Shown here piece after piece: positions 57,243 through 64,000 of a DNA stretch of 64,000 nt. The notes under the pieces are model-generated. The model was given only the letters and a program-made list of their open reading frames with translations. It was not told the DNA's origin and ran no database searches. Position 1 is the stretch's first letter; every line of letters begins with the position of its first letter. Source of the DNA: an uncultured Spirochaetota bacterium (GTDB lineage Bacteria; Spirochaetota; Spirochaetia; SZUA-6; Fen-1364); NCBI GenBank assembly GCA_963820525.1, contig CAWGAA010000001.1, forward strand, positions 3,008,001-3,072,000, given 5' to 3'. The translations under genes were made by a program, and so were the position numbers.

Positions 57243-58829
57243 ATGCTGAGAACGCTTCGCTTCCTCCTGGTCTTTGCCATCGCGCTCATTCCTCTTTCCG
57301 CGTTCAGCGCCGAGGAAGCCTCCCCGCCCAAGGATTTCATCGCGGTTTTCAGCCCCAAGAAGTTCAGCCTCGACCCGCTGCACACCTTCACGGCCTTCGA
57401 ATCCCAGTTTTACACGGCCATCTACGAGGGCCTCGTGGTGAACAACCCCTTCACCCTCGAGCCAATACCGGGCATGGCGGAGCGCTGGGACCTGAGTGAT
57501 GGCGGGCGGATCTACCGCTTCACGATCCGGCAGAACGCGGTCTACTCCGACGGCACCCCGTTGCGAGCCCAGGATTTCGTGGATTCCTGGATGAGGATGA
57601 TAGACCCCGCGTCCAAAGCCGAGTACTCGTTCCTTTTCGACCCGATCAAGGGCGCCCGGGCTTACAGGACGGGGGTGGAGAAGGACCCGAAAAAGGTGGG
57701 CATCCGCGCCGTCGGCGATCGGACCCTCGAGGTAGAGCTGGAGAAGCCCGCCGCGTACTTCCTGAAGGTACTCGCCCACATCAGCTTTCTGCCCATCTAC
57801 CCCGCATATCTGAAGAACAAGAGCTGGGGCGACGCCAAGAGCGCGATCGGAAACGGCCCCTATATCATCACGCAGCGAAACAATGCCGAGCTCCTCCTGG
57901 AAAAGAACAAGCTGTACTGGGACGCGGATCATGTGGCGCTGGACCGCATCCGCATCCGGTTCACGGATGACGATGCCAAGGCCACCACGGATTTCCTGGC
58001 GGGCAAGATCGACTGGTCCACCGTCTTCCAGGCGGACAGGCTGAAGGACACCAAGGATGTGGTGGTCTTCCCCATGTTCGCGACGCTGTACCTGTACTTC
58101 GTCAGCGACCAGGCGCCGTGGAACGACCCGAGGGTGCGCCGCGGCCTCTCGCTGCTCCTGCCCTGGGACCAGATCCGATCCACCAAGCAGTACATCTTTC
58201 CCGACAGCCACCTGATCCCGTCCATCCCCTCGTACCCCGAGGTCAAATCGATCGACTCAACCCAGACCGACGAGGGGCTGAAGCTCCTGGCCGAGGCGGG
58301 ATTCCCCGGGGGCAAGGGGCTGCCCACTTTCGTGATCAAGGTGGCCGATACGGGAAGCCAGGATCTGGTAAAGCAGCTTGCCGACGCCTGGAAGAGCGCC
58401 ATCGGCCTTTCCGTGGACGTGCGCGCGGTGCCCCAGGATGAATACCTTTCCCAGCTCAAGGTCCCGGACTTCACCATGGGGATCTCCACGTGGATCGGAG
58501 ACTATGCGGACCCCCTGTCGTTCCTGCAGCTGTGGACGTCGGACTCCAACCTCAACGACGCGCGCTACTCGGATACGGCGTACGACAAGGCCGTGATGGA
58601 CTCCATCTCCATCCAGGATCCCGCGGCGCGCTACAAAAAGCTGGCCCAGGCGGAAGAGATGCTCCTGAACGACGCCGTGATCCTTCCCCTTGCCCATTCG
58701 CCGGCCGTGCACCTCATCGACCTCGACCGCGTCGATGGATGGTTCCCCAATCCCCTCGACATCCACCCCTTCAAGTTCATCGGCTTCAAGGAACACAAGG
58801 CGCCCTCCGGGGTCGCGATGCTGAGATAG
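57243..58829 (+). CDS. peptide ABC transporter substrate-binding protein (OppA-like, SBP family 5)
   Basis: LDP, YEGL, PGMAERW, SDG, GNGPY, W.GDY.DP. Confidence 0.92.
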   Translation: MLRTLRFLLVFAIALIPLSAFSAEEASPPKDFIAVFSPKKFSLDPLHTFTAFESQFYTAIYEGLVVNNPFTLEPIPGMAERWDLSDGGRIYRFTIRQNAVYSDGTPLRAQDFVDSWMRMIDPASKAEYSFLFDPIKGARAYRTGVEKDPKKVGIRAVGDRTLEVELEKPAAYFLKVLAHISFLPIYPAYLKNKSWGDAKSAIGNGPYIITQRNNAELLLEKNKLYWDADHVALDRIRIRFTDDDAKATTDFLAGKIDWSTVFQADRLKDTKDVVVFPMFATLYLYFVSDQAPWNDPRVRRGLSLLLPWDQIRSTKQYIFPDSHLIPSIPSYPEVKSIDSTQTDEGLKLLAEAGFPGGKGLPTFVIKVADTGSQDLVKQLADAWKSAIGLSVDVRAVPQDEYLSQLKVPDFTMGISTWIGDYADPLSFLQLWTSDSNLNDARYSDTAYDKAVMDSISIQDPAARYKKLAQAEEMLLNDAVILPLAHSPAVHLIDLDRVDGWFPNPLDIHPFKFIGFKEHKAPSGVAMLR

Positions 58830-58863
58830 AGCGCGGAAAAACCTCGCGAAAGGAGGACACGAA

Positions 58864-60065
58864 ATGCCGTCTCTGGAAATTCGTCCCGATGTGTTCTGGA
58901 TCGGGCTCAACGACAGGACCACGGACCTCTTCGAGGGGATCTGGCCCGTATCCGCTGAAGGGGTCACGTACAACTCCTACCTCATCAGGGACGAGAAGAA
59001 GGTCCTCATCGACCTTGCCAAGGGCTTCAAGACCGACGAATACATCGAGCGAATCGACGATCTCGTTCCCCTGGCCGAAATAGACTACCTGGTGATCAAC
59101 CACATGGAGCCCGACCACACGGGAGCCATCCGCGCATTCTCGCGCATCCCCAAGAACCTCACCATCCTGGCCACCGAGAAGGCCCGCGAGATGCTCGCTT
59201 CCTTCTATGGAATTACCGCCAACGTGAAGGTCGTGGCCGACGGCGAGGAGCTGGCCATCGGCAAGCGGACGCTGAAGTTCGTGCACGTGCCCTTCGTCCA
59301 CTGGCCGGAGACCATGGTCACGTATGACGAGCATGACCGGATCCTGTTCTCCTGCGACGCCTTCGGCGGCTACGGCGCTCTTCCCGGCGCGATCTTCGAC
59401 GATCAGAGCACCGACTTGAAGTTCTACGAGAGGGAAGCCCTCCGCTACTACGTGAACATCGTGGCCAAGTTCTCGGGGCCCACCCTGAAGGCCATCGAGA
59501 AGCTTTCCGGCGTGCCGATCGAGGTGATCGCTCCATCCCACGGCCTGGTCTGGAGGAAGGACCCGGGCAAGATCGTGGAGCTGTACAGGAAGTGGGCCGA
59601 GCTTGCCAAGGGCGGAGGCGAGGAAGGGGTGACCCTGGTGTACGGCTCAATGTACGGCAACACGGAAAAGATGATGAACGCGGTGGCCCATGGCATCGCC
59701 CACCAGGGGGTTCGGGTGGATATTTTCGACGCGGCCCGCACCCACTCCAGCTACATCCTGCCCTCCCTCTGGACCTACCGGGGAGTGGTGGTTGGCGCCC
59801 CCACCTACGAGGGAACCCTTTTTCCCCCGTCTCCCAGGCGATCGAGATGGCGGTGCTCAAGCGCGTGATGAACAAGAAGGCGGCCATCTTCGGCAGCTAC
59901 GGCTGGAGCAAGGGCGCCGTGGCCTCGTTCCAGAAGATGGTGGAACCCCTGAAGTGGGAGGTGACCGAGGTGTTCGAGTTCCGCGGGGGACCGACGGCGG
60001 AGCTTCTCAAGAAGGGGGAGGAGTTCGGCGAGCGCTTCGCCGCTGCAATCAAGGAGAAGGCTTAA
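58864..60065 (+). CDS. fprA: flavodiiron protein (A-type flavoprotein), 1-nt frameshift near 59825
   Basis: YNSY, HMEPDH, HWPE, DAFG, PSHG, YGSMYGNT, GAPTY; C-terminus (FGSYGW) lies in the adjacent frame. Confidence 0.92.
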
Positions 60066-60775
60066 GACCCCTTCGAATCGCGCCCCGCGCCCGAGATCCT
60101 CTCGATCCACCCCTCGATCCTGCCTCGAAAGAGATATCCAACGCCGAAGAGCAGGAGGGCAAGGCCCAGGATGATCCCGGCCAGGATCCACTTCTGGCCT
60201 GCGGCGGCGTTTCCGATGATAACGCTTCCCAGGATTCCCGGCAGTCTCCCGATGAAGGAGATGGCGATGAAAAAGGCGAACCTCATGGGGGAGAGTCCAG
60301 CGACGTAGCAGAGGATGTCCTTGGGAATGCCCGGAATGACGAAGAGCAGGAAGAACGCCACCTTGGATCTGGGAGAATCGAGAAACTTCTCCACCCGCTC
60401 GACCTGCCGCTTGGGAAAGAGGGCGTGAACGAAGGGCACCCCGAGAAGCCGGGCAAGAAAGAAGCTCACCAGCGAGCCGATGAGGATTCCCGCTATCGAT
60501 AGAAGGGCCCCCTTCCATATGCCGAAGAGGTAGCCCCCCGCGATCTGGGGGACTTCTCCCGGGATCATGAAGAGGATCACCTGGATCGCCTGGATGGCCA
60601 TGAACGCCAGCGGCGCAACGACACCCCGCTGGGAGACCCAATCCCGGAGAGCCCGCGCCGAGGAGAAGAAATCCCAGATCTCCCTTCGAAATATCACCAC
60701 CGGCACGAAAATGGCGGCGATCAAGAGGGGAAACCCGACGATTGCAAGGATGCGCCTGGTCTTCGATTCGGCCAT
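60062..60775 (-). CDS. TVP38/TMEM64 (DedA/VTT) membrane protein
   Basis: QVIL..IPGE...GGYLFG, PGIPKD..CYVAG, GRLP. Confidence 0.9.
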   Translation of the reverse strand: MAESKTRRILAIVGFPLLIAAIFVPVVIFRREIWDFFSSARALRDWVSQRGVVAPLAFMAIQAIQVILFMIPGEVPQIAGGYLFGIWKGALLSIAGILIGSLVSFFLARLLGVPFVHALFPKRQVERVEKFLDSPRSKVAFFLLFVIPGIPKDILCYVAGLSPMRFAFFIAISFIGRLPGILGSVIIGNAAAGQKWILAGIILGLALLLFGVGYLFRGRIEGWIERISGAGRDSKGS

Positions 60776-60852
60776 TGCCCTTCACTATAGTGGGACGCAC
60801 CTCGCGGGGCAACCCGCTGAACGGCAACTGACGTTCCCTTTCTTCGACAGAT

Positions 60853-60881
60853 TTGACCATACGGCAAAACTGCGATACAAT
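60853..60881 (+). promoter_or_regulatory. sigma70 promoter of the carD operon
   Basis: TTGACC-17 nt-TACAAT. Confidence 0.75.
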
Positions 60882-60889
60882 GATTGGGT

Positions 60890-61411
60890 ATGAAATCTTC
60901 CAGGCAGCGGCACGCCCCGACCAAATACAAGGTCGGTCAGGAGATCGTCTATCCTCTCCAGGGCGTCGGTCATATCGGAGCTATTGAAGAACGGCCCTTT
61001 CGCGACAGGAAGCTCCTCTACTACATCGTGTACCTCGAGGTTTCCGACATGACGATCATGGTGCCCACGGACAAGGCGGATGCCCTGGGGATCCGCTCGA
61101 TCGTGGGGAAGAAGGAATCCCAGAAGGCTCTGAAGCTCATCGCGGAGGAATACGAGCCCATACCCACGGACTGGAAGCTCCGCTACCAGATGAACCTGGA
61201 CCTGTTGAAGAAGGGGAGCGTGCTGGACATCGCCAACGTGGTGCGCGCCCTCTATCACAGGAGCCGGATCAAGGAGCTGCCCATTCTGGAGAGGAAGCTC
61301 TATGACAGCGCGCTCAAGCTCCTTATTGACGAAATCTCCTTCTCGCTGGGCAAGAGCAAGGACGACGTCGAGGAGCTCGTCTTCAGCAAGCTCAGGCTCA
61401 ACGTGAAGTGA
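60890..61411 (+). CDS. carD: CarD-family RNA polymerase-binding regulator
   Basis: VG..VYP.QGVG.I..IE, MVP, W..RY; upstream of ispDF. Confidence 0.93.
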   Translation: MKSSRQRHAPTKYKVGQEIVYPLQGVGHIGAIEERPFRDRKLLYYIVYLEVSDMTIMVPTDKADALGIRSIVGKKESQKALKLIAEEYEPIPTDWKLRYQMNLDLLKKGSVLDIANVVRALYHRSRIKELPILERKLYDSALKLLIDEISFSLGKSKDDVEELVFSKLRLNVK

Positions 61412-62124
61412 CCCCTCCCCCCTCGGCACCGAACGACGGGCAGGCGGCGCGCCGCGCGGCCATCGTGACCGCAGCCGGCTCAAGCCGGAGAATGGGGGAA
61501 GACGAAAAAAAGGAGTACAGATTACTCGCCGGGGTTCCCGTGCTGGCCCGCGCCGTCCTGCCTTTCATCGAATCAGCCAGATTCGCTTGCATCCTGATCA
61601 CCGTGCCGCCGGGCCACGTCTCCCGAGTCTCGAGCCTGCTCTCCGGCCACGTGCCCCTGGAAGGGATCCTGTTCGAGGAAGGCGGACCCACGAGGCAGGT
61701 CTCCGTTTTCCGCGGGCTTGCCGCCCTCGCCGCGGACCCTCCCTCGGTGGTCCTCATCCACGACGGTGCGCGCCCCTGGATTTCCCCGGAGCTGATCGAG
61801 CGCGTGCTCCGGGAGACCGAGCGCTTCGGCGCGTGCGTTCCCGTTGTGGAGGCGAATGAAGCCGTGAAGCAGACCGGGGATTCGGGCATCATCGAGCGGC
61901 ACTTCAGCAGGCACGCGATGCGGCTGGCCCAGACCCCCCAGGGCTTCCTCTTCGACAGGATCCTCGCCGCCCACAGGCAGGCGGCCGACGCGGGCGTGCA
62001 GTGCTCGGACGACGCGGAGATCTATGGCCTGTTTGCCGGCCAGGTCTCTTCGGTTGCCGGGGACATCGCTAATCGCAAGATCACCTATCCATTCGACCTT
62101 GAGGAGGGTTCAGGAATATCATGA
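61408..62124 (+). CDS. ispD: 2-C-methyl-D-erythritol 4-phosphate cytidylyltransferase
   Basis: AAGSSRRMG..K, GG.TRQ.SV, HDGARP, QTPQGF, N.KIT...DL. Confidence 0.95.
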   Translation: MTPPPSAPNDGQAARRAAIVTAAGSSRRMGEDEKKEYRLLAGVPVLARAVLPFIESARFACILITVPPGHVSRVSSLLSGHVPLEGILFEEGGPTRQVSVFRGLAALAADPPSVVLIHDGARPWISPELIERVLRETERFGACVPVVEANEAVKQTGDSGIIERHFSRHAMRLAQTPQGFLFDRILAAHRQAADAGVQCSDDAEIYGLFAGQVSSVAGDIANRKITYPFDLEEGSGIS

Positions 62125-62600
62125 AAGTCGGCTTCGGTTACGATATCCATCGCCTGGCGAAAGAAAGGAAACTCCTTCTCGGCGGGGTGGAAATCCCGTT
62201 CCCCCTGGGAGAAGAGGGGTATTCAGATGGAGATGTCCTCATCCACGCGATCATAGACGCGATCCTCGGGCCCGCGGGGCTGGGCGACATCGGCTCCAAC
62301 TTTCCCCCGGGCAATGAAGAGTTCGCCGGGATCTCCAGCCGCATCCTCCTGGAGCGAACGCGGCGTATGGTGGAGTCTCAAGGCTTCTCCATCGTGAACC
62401 TGGACTGCACGGTTGTCCTGGAGGAACCCAAGATCCTGCCCTATGTGCGGGAGATCCGCGAGGCCATCGCTTCGGTCCTGGCAATTCCCCCCGAGCGGGT
62501 ATCCGTGAAGGGAAAGACCAAGGAAGGGGTCGACGCGGCGGGGGAAGGCAGGGCGGTGGAAGCCTACGCCGTGGTCCTCCTGCAGGAGCGCCGTCTGTGA
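62121..62600 (+). CDS. ispF: 2-C-methyl-D-erythritol 2,4-cyclodiphosphate synthase
   Basis: G.GYDIH, SDGDV..HA..DA.LG, GDIG..FP, VK.KT.E. Confidence 0.95.
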   Translation: MKVGFGYDIHRLAKERKLLLGGVEIPFPLGEEGYSDGDVLIHAIIDAILGPAGLGDIGSNFPPGNEEFAGISSRILLERTRRMVESQGFSIVNLDCTVVLEEPKILPYVREIREAIASVLAIPPERVSVKGKTKEGVDAAGEGRAVEAYAVVLLQERRL

Positions 62601-63316
62601 AAGGGCCCGCCCGGCGTGTCGGCCGCCCCCGGGCTTCGCGCCCGGGAAAGCGGCGCATCGGCTGGGCCCGGCAGATACACGCGATCAGCGGCCACCTCGA
62701 AGCCCATCACGCCGGTCTTCCCCTTCCCTCCGTCTCCGAGGTGGCCCGAAACGACAACGACCCTTTCCGCGTCCTGATCGCAACGATGATCAGCCTCCGC
62801 ACCAAGGACGAGGTCACTGCGCGATCCGCCGCCCGGCTCCTGGCCGCCGCCGCCACGCCGCGGGCCCTGGTGGATCTGCCGGAAGCGCGGATCGCCCGGC
62901 TGATCTACCCCGCAGGCTTTTTCAGGGTCAAGGCCAGGAGCCTGCGCGCGACGGCCCGGATCATCGTGGAGCGTCACGCCGGCACGGTGCCGAGCCGGAT
63001 GGAGGAGCTTCTCGCCCTCCCGGGGGTCGGCAGGAAGACGGCGAATCTCGTCAGAAACCTGGGCTTCGGCCTTCCCGGGATCTGCGTGGACACCCACGTT
63101 CACCGGGTCTCAAACCGCATGGGATGGGTTTCCACCAGGACTCCGGAGCAGACGGAGAAAGCCCTCAGGGAACGGCTCCCCCGGAGGTTCTGGATACCGA
63201 TCAACGAGCTTCTGGTGAGGTTCGGGCAGGCCGTCTGCACTCCGCTCTCGCCGTGGTGCGGCGAATGCCCCGTCGGCAGGTGGTGCCCGCGGGTCGGGGT
63301 GGTGAGGAGCAGGTGA
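62597..63316 (+). CDS. nth: endonuclease III
   Basis: LPGVGRKTAN helix-hairpin-helix, VDTHVHR, C-x6-C-x2-C-x5-C cluster motif. Confidence 0.93.
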   Translation: MKGPARRVGRPRASRPGKRRIGWARQIHAISGHLEAHHAGLPLPSVSEVARNDNDPFRVLIATMISLRTKDEVTARSAARLLAAAATPRALVDLPEARIARLIYPAGFFRVKARSLRATARIIVERHAGTVPSRMEELLALPGVGRKTANLVRNLGFGLPGICVDTHVHRVSNRMGWVSTRTPEQTEKALRERLPRRFWIPINELLVRFGQAVCTPLSPWCGECPVGRWCPRVGVVRSR

Positions 63317-63693
63317 TGCAGCGAGTGACGGCCGCGATCATTGAAGAGGGCGGAAAGGTCTTCATCGCCCGCAGACGGGAGGGAAAGAACCTGGCGGGCA
63401 AGTGGGAGTTCCCCGGCGGCAAGATCGAGCCCGGAGAGACGCCCGAGGAGTCACTGGCGCGCGAGCTGGCCGAGGAGCTGGACCTTCGCGTGAGCGTGGG
63501 GGAGCTTCTCTGCCGCGTGTTCTTCGAAAGCGGCCAGATCAGCCTCGAGCTCCTCACGTACCGGGTGAAGCGCCTGTCCGGCGAGCCGGTGCTGCGCGAG
63601 CACGACGATGCGCGCTGGGTGGAGCCCACGGAACTGGGTTCTTACGATCTTGCGGATTCGGACAGGAGGGTCGTCGACGAGGTGTTCGGCTGA
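63316..63693 (+). CDS. MutT/NudG-like NUDIX hydrolase
   Basis: WEFPGGKIEPGETPEESLARELAEEL; ATG overlaps the nth stop (TGATG). Confidence 0.92.
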   Translation: MQRVTAAIIEEGGKVFIARRREGKNLAGKWEFPGGKIEPGETPEESLARELAEELDLRVSVGELLCRVFFESGQISLELLTYRVKRLSGEPVLREHDDARWVEPTELGSYDLADSDRRVVDEVFG

Positions 63694-63724
63694 CGGAGGG
63701 GAGAGGACGCGCCCCTCCCCTCCG
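63694..63724. terminator. hairpin between convergent genes
   Basis: CGGAGGGGAG...CTCCCCTCCG stem, no U tract. Confidence 0.55.
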
Positions 63725-63730
63725 GCGTCG

Positions 63731-64000
63731 CTACTTCTTCACCTTCGCCTTCAGCGCCGACTCCTTGAAGGTCTTGCTGAAGGTGAAGCGGGGAACCTTG
63801 GTCGCGGGCTTGGCCGCTATCGTGATGTTCTCTCCCGTGAGGGGGTTCCTGCCCTGTCGGGCCTTGCGGGCGGGGCGGATGCGGATGAACGCCTTGCCCA
63901 TCTTGCCCATAGCCACGCGTTCGCCCCTCATCACGCCGGCGGCCAGGAGCTCGAAGAGGTCTTCCACCAGCTGCTTCACGTCCTTCTTCGGGAGCCCGTT
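63731..64000 (-). CDS. HU-family DNA-binding protein (5' end outside the window)
   Basis: RPARKARQGRNPLTGENITIAAKPA...F..SK. Confidence 0.92.
   Translation of the reverse strand, partial: NGLPKKDVKQLVEDLFELLAAGVMRGERVAMGKMGKAFIRIRPARKARQGRNPLTGENITIAAKPATKVPRFTFSKTFKESALKAKVKK

Noticed and set aside
59812..59835. Programmed -1 frameshift in fprA
   Set aside because: No in-frame X XXY YYZ heptamer; a homopolymer indel is the simpler explanation.
1..64000. tRNA, rRNA, transposase, integrase, prophage or defence genes
   Set aside because: None recognisable by eye; tRNAscan-SE, Infernal and HMM searches would be needed to exclude them formally.

Overview
High-GC bacterial chromosome segment, most likely from a free-living Spirochaetia member. 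This is inferred from the spirochaete-like FlgM, the HATPase-HDOD protein, the LacI-sensor HD-GYP protein and the carD-ispD-ispF block. About 60 genes are supportable. I saw no tRNA, rRNA, CRISPR array or transposase. The left half (1-37 kb) is accessory and stress-related: a partial AsrA/HydB-type Fe-S subunit, a GAF kinase, a P-type ATPase, PrsW, FtsH, a His-rich metal transporter, a MarR-TolC-MFP-RND efflux operon, a quinol-dependent NO reductase, DoxX/TetR, glycerate kinase, an ArsR-gshA-gshB(ATP-grasp)-ABC exporter-cysE operon, and a TetR/flavoprotein unit. The right half is mostly housekeeping (flgM, proC, serS, aspartate kinase-thrB-thrC, rlmE, oppA, fprA, carD-ispDF-nth-NUDIX, HU), interrupted by an enolase-superfamily / V4R-GAF-HD-GYP / acyltransferase cassette next to a 47-bp hairpin tandem repeat. 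Best leads: (1) an ArsR-controlled glutathione synthesis-plus-export operon with a split GshF; (2) a candidate signal synthase-receptor cassette; (3) many apparently leaderless genes; (4) two apparent pseudo-enzymes; (5) several small frameshifts, possibly assembly errors, one of which perfects a palindrome. All calls come from motif recognition by eye; no database searches were run.
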